Assembly: GCA_951406725.2 (NCBI GenBank)
Contig: OX597820.1
Span: 125,612,001 to 125,676,000, forward strand
Direction of reading: 5' to 3'
Length of the DNA: 64,000 bases
Source: Octopus vulgaris
Lineage: Eukaryota
In this document: in pieces, positions 42,585 through 56,560 of the stretch
Position numbering within the stretch: the stretch's first letter is position 1
Layout of the letters: each line of letters opens with the position of its first letter
Translations under genes and position numbers: made by a program
The notes under the pieces: model-generated
Told to the model about the DNA's origin: nothing
What the model saw: only the letters and a program-made list of their open reading frames with translations
Database searches by the model: none

Positions 42585-45491
42585 GAAATCATTTCACTTT
42601 GACAATATGAGTATTGTGATGACCCAGTGATTACAATTAAGTGTATTTTACCAAGAAGACATGATTGCTTCATTAACAATGAATCAGCAACTTATTGGAA
42701 TTGCACTTAAACAGAAATGGGTTTGCCGTTCATCTTTGTTTTGCTTATTTCATTTTGACAGTCTTGTTTACTTATGAAATACTCGTCTTGAGATTACGTG
42801 TCTAGATTACAAGTAGGAGATTCACAATATTTCTATTATGCTTTGTATGGGTCCTATTCATTTCGTTCTGATATTAATGTACTTAATTACGTTTGTTTTT
42901 ACAGAATACATATTCAACCCGAGCGTCATTTCATCAGGCCAAATTTAGGTGTGACATAGCATTTCTTTACTCTCTCCTACTTATTTTAGTTATGCCTGTA
43001 AGTAAAATAAATAGGATGCCCTTCAGCGAGTATCTCTGCTTCAACATCGAGTATTTATGTTTATTTAATACTTTTTCCTTATCTACGACATGTAATAGTG
43101 AGTAAAAAGAAAGATTACACCACTGAACTTCAGAGGAACGGATAATCTTATGAAGTTTCTCAGACTCACTACAATTTTCTTTCAACAGAGTCTTGCTTAA
43201 TCACTTGGAGAGAAGTCCAGCATTTGCGCACAAACATTACAGAATTCAGTAGGTCCTTTCTGTAAAATTTGCCAAGTATCTGTTAGCAGAGGTTCTTTTC
43301 AGGAGTTTTATACTTTCCTCTTGTACTTTGATGCGTACCAGCTGCGGACATGAACGCTGTAGTTAAGGAAATCGCTATGTGTACATTGCTGGATATTTTA
43401 GCTGCATATCTGCCGCACCACGTCATTTGGAATGTCAACTTAGGTCAGAAACATGCCTATGTAATATATAGTTCCCTAGTGTTTATGCTTGAGCAAGTGT
43501 TGATGTAGATAGAGGGAACACCTCATCAATGAAGCTCTTGATTTTTTTATACCAGTTGTCCTGACGGGAATTGATTTTTAACCGCGTATTCTTTGCCAGT
43601 TCTTCCTACTATCCGATGTAGACTGGTATAAGGATGAAAGCATTGTAATAAATCATGTTATATTAATCATTTGATATTTCACGCTAATAAACTCATAATT
43701 TTTCCTTCTATTGCCATGATACATGCTACCACAGAAACGGAATTTAACCTAATTTTTCTGATTTAGTGTTTCAAAAACTTTTTTCTGGTTAGTTAAAACG
43801 CGGATGTTTACTTGCTCTCCGACAAATTAAGCTTCCTAGAGTACATCTATTTTAGTTTTTATTATCTATCAATATTTGTCTGATTGATATTTCACCATGA
43901 ACACATGGAAACACTGCTATTGATAATATTGCAAGTAATGAAATCAAACTCCAATTATTTTCCGTATTATTTTCGCGACTGTCATACTTGTCAAGTTTGC
44001 TACGTTACGAGTGGCAGTAATTAGCCTACTCTTAAATTATTTACAAGATGTAGAGTTCTCACTGTTTCTGCAAATTCACTCCTGAACGAGAAGTATAATC
44101 TTGTGTCACTAGTTTCTCTCATCAGATTTTGCACTCTTGTTGTAATTGACTCCATTCTTTCTTTGCAAAAAATCACTCACCCATCATCCTCGTTAATCGC
44201 CCTCACTTACGCCATTATATTAAAGAAACAAACTACTTGCTTCAGCATCTTACAAAAAAAGAATTGAATCACGTGCGGTGACTCGCAAAATGTCGACCGA
44301 CTAATCAAAATCATAATGATCGCAACACCGTACATCAGAAAATGATAAAGTTGCCATGATAAATTTTTCACATTGTGCTATGAGCAACCAAGCATGCACA
44401 CCGCAATGCCAGACTCGGTGTTGTCGAAGTATCTCTTCATGGATTCCGTTCTATTACATTTCCCCAAAATTGTTTGACCACTGTAGGAGCATGTGCATCT
44501 TATACAATTTAAGTTTGTGCATTCATCTTCTCCTCTGGATTAAAGATGACGCAAAAGATGTTATAATCCTCCCTCTCCTGCTAAAGGAGCTTTCACACAT
44601 TATGTCTGAATTAGCAGAGTCCACTTCTTTCGACATAACATGTCAGGTTCTGTGGCCTCGGTAAGGTATGTTTGTGCAATACATCTCTCGGGTTTAGCTT
44701 CTAGCGAGTTTGGAGCTGATTAATGAAACCTTTTCGAAATTTACCTCTTCCAGCGAAATGATATATATCTAGACTTTATTTCTTGAAAGTGCACTTTCAA
44801 ATGTTGGGCGTTGGTGAGTCATCACCACAATAAAAATCAATAAGTGTATTTCGTATTTTAATGTTGATATTGGTTGGCGCCCATGTTCTATTATTATCTC
44901 TAGTGATTTAGGTTTTAACATTTTGTGTTTGGGGATTAATTAGCTTTTGATTTCGATATATTCTAAGCTTTCTGATATCTGTTTTGCTCTGTTCAGTGAC
45001 ATTCTTTCTAATTGCTATTTTACACAAGCACATACACACACACACACACACAAATATGTATATATATATATGTGTGTGTGTGTTTATGTATGTGTGTGTG
45101 TGTGTGTGTGTGTGTATTTAGGGAAGCGTATATGTTTGCGGGTTTCTATATGCATACATTATTTACCGACTGACGTGGTTGAATATATTCTTCAGGTAAA
45201 CTTATAGTCACTTGCGAGAACTTGTAGGCTTCATCAGTAATTCAGTTCTCAATTAAACTGAATGCGGGTTTTCTTAGCAATGATGATGACGTCCTAACCT
45301 ACATCTGGAGATAAAATGATTGAAACTTGGTTCTTTAGAATAAAAGGTAAGTCAAAGTATGTGAGATCCAAGGTGCGATAGTAAGGTGAAAATACATTGT
45401 TAATGAAGCAATCATGTCTTCTTGGCAAAATACAGTTAATTTTAGTCGCTGGGTCATCACAATATTCACATTGTCAAAGTGAATGTGGTCT
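42585..45491. mobile_element. ~2.9 kb element bounded by ~95 bp inverted repeats (probable DNA transposon, superfamily uncertain)
   Basis: 42591-42684 is a close reverse complement of 45392-45485. The right end reads ...tggtct|ttaa. Confidence 0.65.
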
Positions 45492-48400
45492 TTAAGAGAA
45501 ATCTTTTGATGAAAACCTAGTTAAAAAATATTAGGTACGAAGATTACTGAGACATAAGTGACGAAAAAATGGCATGTATTGAATTTCAATCAACATATCC
45601 CAGCTATTGTAAAATAAAACTATAAAAAGTTGTATTCAAATGAAAGCTCTCTATGAGAGGCAATATTAAGATGTCGAAGCCAAGCAATGTGGCAATACAA
45701 TACACATATTTAACTGCCATAGCCACGTAATTAAGCTTTATATTATTAATAATTCTTCTAATATGGTGAAAAAAAAGGAAAAAGAAAATTTTGATCCAGG
45801 AAGCTACAAGATGATCTAGGGTAGCATACCTAAAAAAAGTTTAAATAAACTATTCCATAATATATTTTAGTTACCATTTCATACCACTTTTGTGAAATAT
45901 TTAAGCGCCAGTGTAGCCATCTCATACTATGATAAACTACTTTTGAAATATAGAATAAATTGCACTTAATGCAATTAATCCCTCAGAGTTTTAGAAATAC
46001 AATCTCCAACCGGCTGTCTCGGTATCTGCAAATGAACATTGAATGGCATTTAATAATATACCCTGGGTTATGTCATACGTTATTTGTAAATAGATAATTG
46101 GTAGAACTCTTCAAAAAATTCCTTAAGGTCTTTAATTACGTCTCTTTATATTATATGCTCGGTCCTGCACATCGCCTTTGTTCGGCATTGGAAGCTGATA
46201 AAATAAGTAATAGAGAATCACTGGGGGCTGATTATATTAATTATATGCTTCCCACCGACAAATACTTAACTCTTTACCAAAATGTCAATATTTGTATTTA
46301 ATATACTTCAATTTATATCACATATATTGAAAGATATTAAACTCTTTAGGCATATTTATGCTATCCTTGAAAATAATGTATGAATGAGCATTGCAGATGT
46401 TTGTAAATGACTGAATAAATATTTAAGTAAAATACAGGAATCATGTCTTTGACAGCTATTTAACTCTAATATATGGCGCTTAGTAAACTGTTATTTATAA
46501 TAGGGATATATTTATATCTTCGTACATTACTGTTTTCAGAAAAAAATTATATTGCAAATCGTTAATTTCAGTGCAGGTATCCTTAGATTAGGCACGCAAT
46601 TTTATATATTTAAAGAATTACTACGGCATTATCATTCTTAGGAGATATATCTTCATCCCTTCACTTCTTCAAAATAAACCCTCCATTTTAAGCATTCGTG
46701 TACTACAGTTTGTTAACAGGCATGCCGAAGATTATACTTCTCTTCAAACGGAAATATCTCATCATCTGCATGTACCTGTCTACACAATATCTTATAATCA
46801 AAAGTTAGTATAAAATACGATTGTTTCGCTTATGTAAAACTCACATTACCCTTCTCTTAATTCTCGTACATATATTTCAGGCTTTGCCCTTAAGCAAAAT
46901 CTCTTCATTTTCCTATTTATAAATGATATGAAACCTGACTGCTTGATTGCTACACTAGATATCTTCTTTTCTGCCTTTTCATAACCAAACCTTAAATATA
47001 TGTACTATCTCATAGATTTGATACCATTTATCCGTACAAACAACACATGAATCTTAAAACTGCTGCATGCTCCTCCTTGCAGTAATTTTGGAACACCAAT
47101 TCAGAAAACGACTTTGTTAACAGAATTTCTTTTTTATATCTACTTTTGATGAAAATATCCAAGCTGTAGTCCTGTGGCATAATAATCAAAGACAACTAAA
47201 TGAATAATGATATCAATCATGCTAGGCATATTCCATTGGTCTCACAGAACCAAATCCACAATTTCGTAAGTTTCAGGACGATGGTTCATTTTCTGTCTTG
47301 TAATTGGTGACATGAATTACATTATCTGATTTGTTATTACATATTTGAAATATCAATATTTGAATTAATAATAACTTGATTCATATTTTAGGAAACCAAT
47401 GAAAATACAGAGATTCTTGTATTAACTCAGCCCTCGTAAATGTGTCTACTGCTCTAGCAGCAATATATTTAAGGAAGATTTTTCATGATTTCAGTATTTC
47501 TGAGCTAATGTTTCGTCTAAAATAGGATCCTGTTTGAATATTTACATAAATAGAACGCATCATAGGTGCTGATTCTTTTATGGCACAAGGTGCTTGGGCT
47601 TTCAGAATATATAAGTCAGCAGCATTTATTGTTCTGAGACTGCATGCGATTTTTCGATTGAAAGCATTCAGCACTGGGTCAAGAATTTTGACATGGTTAC
47701 ATTTGTTCATATTAGACCGGCAAATATTAGAAAATTGGAAAGTAATATCTGAAAAGATCATTTCACCACTCATTAATAAAACTGGTAACCGTGTAGCTGC
47801 ACTCAGCAGTGAAAGGTAGGAAACGCTTAACTTAATGGTCAGAGCACTCAATCGGTGAGCCGATTGCTGCTCACCTTTTTCTATCTTTCTTTTTTTATTC
47901 ACAAATATATTGCGTTCGAAATCCAGTCTCTTGTCTGTAAAATATCAAGTTTGTTTACAAAATGACGTCACATTTCAAAAGCTATTATCTAGCATTAAAA
48001 TTGTGGGTATTTGTTGTCGGTTAGATTCGCCTGTAGCACGACTCGCTGGGCACGTTTTTCTAAGGGTAAATACCCTAACTTTCACAGCTAAACTGCGTCT
48101 GAAATTTAACTTCTTGTCTGTTATAAATAAATATATAAATGTATATATAAATAAATAAATAAATATATATGTGTGTATGTGTATGTTTGTGACAAACAGG
48201 AAACCAAATTATATGAATTAATTATGTACAGTAAAATTGTAATATAATAAAGTTGGTAACTGGGGTAGAAGAAAACAGAAATGAAATACGAACAAGCAGG
48301 CGAAATTGAGATGAAACAGAAACTAGATAAGAAAGGGATGACTGAACAATCTCACTGTATTCTATCGCTTGTAGGTTGTGAAGGCAACGAACAAAGCATG

Positions 48401-49439
48401 TTCCCTTCTATTTTAGGGTTCAACTCAATAAGCAGAGTTCTGTTTCTTTGCAGGTATATATTGCTATTTCTGCAAAGATGCAAATATGCGTAACAATAAT
48501 GATACAACACCCATTACACAAACAAACAACTGAGAGTCGTTCTAAGGGATACCAGCCCATTGGCACATAATTATTCACTAACTCTAATCTGAAACAACGA
48601 ATATGTCACAGACGGGCAGAATCATCCCAGGATCCCTTTTATCAGTGACAGCGTGTCTGCTGATTTAAACCTTTTAATAATGAACCCAGGAATTAATTTC
48701 GGAGTTTATATAAATGTCAATTTTACTAGCCTTACTTCTATTGTATCTAACCTTGAAGCTACAACATTATTCACTTAGTTAAATCATACCTAGTAGAACG
48801 ACTACCCTCTGGAACGACTCCACGTACCTTTCATAATAAACATCCACTTAGAGAATTTACATGAACATGATGTGAGTAGAATATCTTTGTGTGAGTCTGA
48901 TGGTTTCATAAGAACTGACCTTTCAGATAATTCTATACCAAATGAAGAAAATGTCACAAGAAACAATATTTGTTGGCTTTAAATAATGATGTATATTTTT
49001 ATTTGCTGTAGTATGCATGAGCATACAAAACTTCTGACAAAAGCACAAGTAAATTAGATATTTCAATGGCCAATAGATTAAACATTTCACGTTTACTTAA
49101 ACATAAGCCAACATTCTAAATAACAAGCGCAGAGTAACTGTGCTTAATTTTTACTATAGCATTTTGCAGACAAGACAGAAATTCAATAAACTCTCGATGG
49201 TTTAGCAGAACATTTGAAAGTCACACCATCCATCTTCGGGTAATTCAGTTAGTAATGCCTATGCTATATATTTACATTATTGTTAAATTTAGATTCAATA
49301 GGGTAAGTGGTGTGTCGGAGTGAATCTGAGATAACAAAGGTGAAATTCTGTTATTCATGTTATAACAAATCGAGTAATATACCTGGGTTTTGATGTTAAA
49401 TTGCTTCCCGTAGTGTGGTCCTGTTGCAGGAGCTCTTTG

Positions 49440-50085
49440 TTTTTAGGGGTAGGGACCCACCTGTCAGTTATTGCTTCATGGTCTACTCAGACCAGGACTA
49501 GAGGCATCTGTCAGGTACCAGTTATGACTTAATTAGCAAGTCAGTCAGGCAGATGGTAGTTTGTTAATCAGAAGGACACTCAGTCTAATCGGTGGACAAT
49601 CTTGATTCCGAATCTCTGTTGTCTTGCGGCTACACCCAACTGTGGAAAATGCTTCGGGAGTACACTCTGACGAAAAATTAGAAGTCAAAGCTACTGAGGT
49701 AGTACGATGTAGTCTACAATCTTATCTGCAACAACGTTGGCGCCAAATTGTTTCAGTCATACCGTTCATTTGGATCCAACAGCACCGTGCAGGGGGACCC
49801 GCTGCATCGGGAAGAACCTGTCTTTCATAACCTGCTGCCCAAGTTTGGATCCTATCGAATCCTGTGTAATGAAGAATTAGAAAGGGATAATTCAAACAGC
49901 ACTGATATAGTCAATAAGTGCGGCTGGTGTGAGTCGACTGCTATTTGTGCATCGTACTTTTCAACCAGAAACCACTGTTGCAGCGGGAGCAACTAGTGAG
50001 ACCTTCAACCATACTCAGTGTTGACATATGGTGGCCTCAGAAATATCAAAAGAATAGTAGCGATTAAAGGCAGAGCTGGAACTAA
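49440..50085 (+). mobile_element. Probable RTE LINE 5'UTR plus start of APE domain
   Basis: GC-richer block resembling RTE 5' regions as recalled (gcttcgggagtacac...ttggcgccaaa...gggggacccgctgcat). It ends in agctggaac (SWN, the APE start motif). Confidence 0.45.
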
Positions 50086-50285
50086 CTTGATGCACACGTG
50101 TAATTTACTTCGAAATGCAATTAACCCCTTTACTAGAATTCCTGGTGAGCCTGAATTATAAGTAGTTCTTTCCACTTCACAAATTATAAGTTTTGAATGT
50201 ATGAAAGCCTCGAAGAATATAACGTTACTGGTAATTCGAGTATATCCATAAATGAAATCATTCGTATGATATATGTGTGTGTATT

Positions 50286-50318
<33 letters not shown>

Positions 50319-50414
50319 AATAAATTTGATTCTTGAACCCATTAACAGTAATTTGTCTTTCTATAAATTTTATTAGAGATCATTCAATATTTAACTTCGC
50401 ATTACCATATTATT

Positions 50415-50810
50415 TTTCTTTTAATTGTTTCAGTCATTTGACTGCGGCCATGCTGGAGCACCGCTTTAGTCAAGCAATTCGACCCCGGGACTTATTCTTT
50501 GTAAGCCTAGTACTTATTCTACTGGACACTTTTGCCGAATCGCTAAATTACGGGGACGTAAACACGCCAACATTGGTCGCCAAGCGATGCTGGGCGAGAC
50601 AAACACAGACACACAAACATAATACATATATATATATATATACAAATGTATGACTGGCTTCTTTCAGTTTCCGTCTACCAAATCCACTCACAAGTCTTTG
50701 GTCGGCCCGAGGCTATAGTAGAAGACACTTGCTCAAGGTGACATGCAGTGGGATTGAACCCAGAACCATGTTGTTTGTAAGCAAGCTACTTACCGCACAG
50801 CCACTCTTCC
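50415..50810 (-). mobile_element. Full-length CORE-type tRNA SINE with internal microsatellite
   Basis: Minus strand: gagtggctgtgcggtaag (A box), ggttcaatccc (B box), ccttgagcaagtgtctt (CORE-like). Nearly colinear with the 53505 copy. Confidence 0.9.
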
Positions 50811-53077
50811 TGATGCTTTATAAATATTTTTCTTGTATAAGAACATTGTAACACACAAACTGCAAATATTTATTATGATTGATGTGTTGCTGTGTGCTAT
50901 ATTGCTTCTAAGAATATTAATTCGCTTATTCCATTAATATTAAAAAAGAAACATCTCAAAGAACAAGCATACTGTGGAATTAACCGGTGAATGTGGATCT
51001 TTTGATCAATCAGGCGACGCCCTTCCAATAACTTCCAAGGTATAATTTGATATCAGCTTTAACATTTAACGAGCCCATTAGAGTAATGCACCTATGTAGC
51101 TATGAAAATTTCTCGAGTTTATGAATCAAATATTTTCCTTCTATTTCTTTAACAAAGTCATTAACACCCCTTCTATTTTGCACAAATGATTAGGCATGTA
51201 AGGTGACTGCACTAATATATTTAGTGCAGTTAAACGCTCATTAAACCGTAGTAGGATGCTTAATGACTTGCAAAGTCGTAGAGTAACGAGAGTTTATCAA
51301 CCAGGCGACGCCCCTCCGTGAAATGTGATATCAGCACCAAAATTTAACGCACACATTATAGATATGCGTACTTCTGCGACAATTTCTCTATAATATTTCT
51401 ATGCAATTCGAAATCAGAAATTATGAGCGGGTAATACCTGTTTAGTTTTATTAATTCTTATAATTTTTACTCAGTATGCAGCTGTCAGTAATTTTGGCTG
51501 TGAACCGTTTGTGATAAACAAAATATACATAACTGAAAGCCTGTACTCTTGCAGTTCTAATATATATTTCACTATATAATAACCGTAGGATTATATATTC
51601 AACTTTTAAGAATACAGAATAGAAAATAGTATTATGATACTAACCATTTAGTAATCTTTTGTCATGTTGCATTGTCATTATCATCAGTATCACAAAATAA
51701 ATAAAGCTGATTTATGGTCTGCTTTTAATGACGGGGTGCATACATTCAAATTCAATATCAGAACTAATGAGTGCAGAACTGTCAACACATGTAAATAGTA
51801 AACCAAATGATTTAAAGTTTTTTTTATTTCGAAGTTAAAACATTGATAATTTCTTTAAATATCTAAAATTATTGTGCACTTCCTCCTTAGTTTGTATATA
51901 TCGACAGGGGACGAATAACAGATAGAGCATTGCTAGCGGGTAAAATGATACATTGATATTATAGACGTTCGGACTATAGATTTCACCCTTAAAAATAAAT
52001 TATTTGTTAATATTTACTGATTTGCTTAATGACCAACCGTCAAGAGGTGTCTTCATTTCGGATGCCTACAAAAGGGGTATATGGTCTATGACGTCTCTGT
52101 TTCAGAAACGATTTGCATAATTCATCATACCACACTGTCTCTATATAACTATGTATTTAAAGACAAGCTTCAAATTGGACTGACACCACCTGGATGCAAA
52201 TCCTGTATAAAATTTCGTCATGAATCACATGAATAACTACGAAAATAAATTTTAATTTAAATCCCCGTCGGAGAGAAGACAGAAAAGGAGGACGTCATCC
52301 ACACCACGGTGAATCAGATATCCAATGAAATTGCCTACTACGTGAATAATTCAAGATGACTAAAATTTCTGATCGACAGAGATACGTCATAACTGCTGTA
52401 ACAATATATAACTGGCTGAAGGAATTCATGTCACCTATTCATTAAATGAACCACAGCAGCCTGAAATACATAGCAATAAAACAGAAAATATTGTACTGGA
52501 AGGAATGGTTCGGTCTACATTTATAAAGGGAGCTTAGTGTAACTAAACCTGATATTCCAAATAATAAATATTCATTAATTTTCCATATCAAATTCCAATA
52601 TTCATTTCAGCTACCTATCTAATTTGCACAATAATATTCACCTCCACTACGTATAAACTTTGAGAAACTGGAGAATCTGAATCGTTACTGAAGGACGTAA
52701 ATCTACAGTTACAAAACGGTCTTCTCTCAATGTTATAAATAATTTCTTTTATCGCTTTCATTAATCCAATGTGTTACTCTTGTGTATTCTTAAGTACAAA
52801 CTATGGAAATTATCCGCTGACCTACATTTGAAAAACGAATAGTTGACCTTTACCTATATTTTATAAATATAGATTTAATTTGTTTTCCAATACGTATCAA
52901 CGATCGGACAAGGGACAGCTTTAACAGAATTCATATTTCCAGTATTGGCTCTATTTTGATGGTTGTATGCGATATTCATTTTATAAAGTCGACATTTCTT
53001 GTACATACATATATACACACACACCACACACAATCTCCCTCTCCCCCCACTCTCTCTCTCTCTCACGCATATATAAT

Positions 53078-53255
53078 GCGGGTGTCCGTATCCTAGTGAC
53101 TAAGGAATTGCACACATTATCATTCGATTATACTGTCGATTCCTGGAATGATCGATGTGGGTTTTGTTCTTGAGCAATGCACATCATTTCACGTTCTTCC
53201 ATTCTACTCACTTGGTAACAATAATTAACCCTGCACTGGACTGGCGTTCTGCTCG
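53078..53255 (+). mobile_element. Decayed tRNA SINE, third family (CORE/V- or Meta-like)
   Basis: cctagtgactaagg..tcgattcctgg head, gttcttgagcaa, and aaccctgcactggactggcg. Confidence 0.5.
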
Positions 53256-53504
53256 TTTAATTTAGAGCTATGTTCCAATTAGAATTTGATGAAATGTAAC
53301 TTGATGTAGTGGAGAAATGCATTTTAATATGATATCTGATTTAAAATTTGACCGTGTATACATTTATATGCCAAGATGGTATTTTAAGTGGAAGCTACTA
53401 CAAAGTATCAGAAATCAATTAGAAGCAATCCTCAGAAAAAATAAATTGTATGGAATCGGACCTCATAGTTTCACAACAACTCCACTGTAGCACACACATT
53501 TTCC

Positions 53505-53918
53505 TATACTCTTTACTCTTTTACTTGTTTCAGTCATGTGACTGTGGCCATGCTGGAGCACCGCCTTTAGGCGATCAAATCGGCCCCAGGACTTATTCTT
53601 TGTAAGCCTAGTACTTATTTTATCGGTCTCTTTTTTGCTGAACCACTAAGTTACGGGGATGTAAACACACCAGCATCGGTTGTCAAGCGATGTTCGGGGG
53701 ACAAATACAGACACACAAACACGCACACACATACACATATATATACATATATACAACAGGCTTCTTTTCAGTTTCCGTCTACCAAATCCACTCACAAGAC
53801 TTTGGTCGGTCCGAGCCTATAGTAGAAAACACCTACCCAATGTGCCACGCAGTGGGACCGAACCCGGAACCATGTGGTTCGTAAGCAAGCTACTTACCAC
53901 ACAGCCACTCCTACGCCT
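53505..53918 (-). mobile_element. Full-length CORE-type tRNA SINE
   Basis: Same family as 50415, with tail aagtaaaagagtaaagagta on the minus strand. Confidence 0.9.
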
Positions 53919-55114
53919 TTATGTAGATTGTTTGAAATCAGAAACAGAAATAATAGTCACGCATTTCATTGTGAGACACAAATGAACATTCTTAAGCAGT
54001 TTATTATTTCAATGCAGATTCTAAATACTATCAATTTGCCTTACATGAAGACAATGTTTCAAGTATTTACGTCATGTAGGAACACTGTTGCTTGAAATAT
54101 TGCAGGTTGTTCTCGCTAAGTAACAGTGATAACTTACCATTTTGCATCATCCTTAACTACGCATATGACTTAGCACAGATGACCAATGAACCAAATACAC
54201 ATTTATGAAAATAAACAGGTCAAGACATCATTAAAAGTTATAGATTTTGCTGTTAGAGTTGAGCTATTATTAAATCTAGTCGTAGAAGGTCAATTATCGT
54301 TGCTAAGAGACGAAACTGCAGCATCCCATATACTTTAACATTGCCTAAGTAGGTCTGTTGTTGTTAATTTTAAAAGCGGACTACTGCTATTATTGCCCCT
54401 CTTGGTTTTCTCATTTGCCAATTTCGATTCACCATTTTTTGGGATATTCTCTTTCTCGCAGTTTCTATATGGGTTAAATAGAATCGTTAGTTCTATCATC
54501 AATCACAGAATCCAACGAATGCAACATTTTCTGACTTCTGGTTCCGTATTATTTCTTCTCTGAAACTGAATTTCTCCAAGCGGCATTCTTTTGTTATGGT
54601 AAGCTTCGCTTCTTGTGAAAGTCTAATCTTGTTTTACATACTAGTATTCCATCACTATACGAATTGAAGAGACAGAGGTAGGTTTCACTCTGGTTAGTGT
54701 TTCCTCATTTTTGTTGATAGAATGCGTCCTATTTATAAGGTAAATTACTTTTTCAAGTTTATGGTCCCACATCTCCACTTCCTGTCGTGAACTGGTAACT
54801 TAGATTTCAGTGGAAATATCCGCTTCAGAATCAAAGAGACGAAACAACTATATTGGCTAAATTTATTTATCCATTTTGGCGTTGAGAACGTACAACAATC
54901 ACAAATATACTTTAACCTTGAGATGATATTGAAGGTCATCAAAACGAAGCAGATAATTTTTCAGTTAAGTGAGAATAAATGAGACATACCTCCGGGTAGT
55001 AGAAAGCCGTAAAACCCACAACATTTTGTCTCATTCTAACTGAAGTGCAACAGGTGTGTGTATGTATATATAAGGAAAATAAGACAATGTAGAAACTGTT
55101 AGAATAATTTTACA

Positions 55115-56148
55115 ATGAAATACATTTTGTAAAGTTTAGTTTCGGTTCCAGCGTTTTCGACTTTTTAAACTAAGAGTAAAGCAAGAACAACAATTAAATT
55201 GAAGAAAAGATTAATGAAATGGTTTGTAAATATTTCCATAGTCTTCGAATAGGTAGGATATATTCCATTTTTCTGTCTCTCTCTCTCTCTCTCTTTCTTT
55301 TGTGAAGGCTACTACCAAAGAAATGCTTGATTCTGAAGTTTGATTGTTTAAGCACAGCAGCCGGGGAATGGAGAAGAAGAAGAAAAAGAAGAAGAAGAAG
55401 AAGAAGAAGAAGAAGAAGAAGAAGAAGAAGAAGAAGAAGAAGAAGAAGAAGAAGAAGAAGAAGATACAAAGAAGATGAGGAGAAACAAAGAAGAAAGAGA
55501 AAAGACGAGGATTTACATTTTGCGATAAAATATGATTCTTTTGAATACTTCCACCACAGATGAAACTACAAGCATCTTAGAATAATACCCACGCAAATAT
55601 TGAAAAACAATGTACATATTAAGAAGAGTCGCTACCCATGAATTCATGTAGAGCAGTTCCTACCACTACTGTCACACCCACAATAGGTCCCTTTTAGGTC
55701 ATTTAACCATTAAAGAGGAATCCACGAAAAGCTCTACTATTGCCTGATACTACTCCCGTCGTTTTCTTTGTCTCTTCTTCTTCCTCTTCTTGTTCTTTTC
55801 TTATTTTATCTTATTTTTCTGCTTGTTTTCTTTCTCTTCTTCTTCTTCTTTTCTTTGTTCTTCTCCATCTTTGACAGCTGCTGATGCTGCTTAAACGATA
55901 AAACTTCATAACCAAACTTTTCTCTGTAGCCATAAACATTATTTCTTCAGATCTGCTACTACCTACCAAAGGAAAAGAGATCGACACAGAAAAAAGGAAC
56001 ATCTCCTACCTTTTTGAAGAATATGGAAATATTTACAATACATTTCATTTAATGTTATCTTCAATTAAATAGTTCTCCTTGTTTTCCTCTCAGCTGAAAA
56101 CGTCGGAAAGCCTGAAACCGGTACTGACTTTTTAAAAATGTATTTCAT
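55115..56148. repeat. ~1 kb fold-back element: ~390 bp diverged inverted arms containing (GAA)n/(TTC)n and a hammerhead
   Basis: 55115-55510 aligns by eye to the reverse complement of 55757-56148. Confidence 0.8.
56090..56127 (+). ncRNA. Minimal hammerhead ribozyme, core-mutated
   Basis: UCAG CUGAAAA cgucggaaagccu GAAA CCG GUA CUGA. Stem I is UCAG/CUGA and stem III is the palindrome ACCGGU. Confidence 0.6.
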
Positions 56149-56284
56149 GATAAAGTCAATTTAGCATTTTCCACTTAGTCTGTTTTCCTTATACATATCA
56201 ACTCGTGTGTTACGTTTCAACCTTCTACATACAAACATACACACACACACACACATGTATGCATGTGTGGGTGTATGTATATGC

Positions 56285-56326
<42 letters not shown>

Positions 56327-56338
56327 TGCATATATATA

Positions 56339-56422
<84 letters not shown>
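56285..56422. repeat. (TA)n microsatellite
   Basis: Directly visible. Confidence 0.95.
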
Positions 56423-56426
<4 letters not shown>

Positions 56427-56521
56427 AAACATAAATGTGAAACAAGGTGGAAAAAAGAGTACTCAAATACCAGTGGTAGAGTAATATGCTTTATTTAAAG
56501 CAGCAGAAAATTCAACAAAAT

Positions 56522-56560
56522 CTGTTACTCCGAGTTTCTCGTTGCCGTTCATCAGACAGT
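56522..56560 (-). ncRNA. Minimal type I hammerhead ribozyme, near-intact, in a pseudo-LTR-like repeat abutting (TA)n
   Basis: Minus strand: ACUGU CUGAUGA ACG-GCAA-CGA GAAA CUC-G-GAG UA ACAG. Full core and GUA cleavage triplet present. Confidence 0.82.

Noticed and set aside
47483-47902. 139 aa minus ORF and 79 aa plus ORF
   Set aside because: No motif recognised and the strand cannot be decided.
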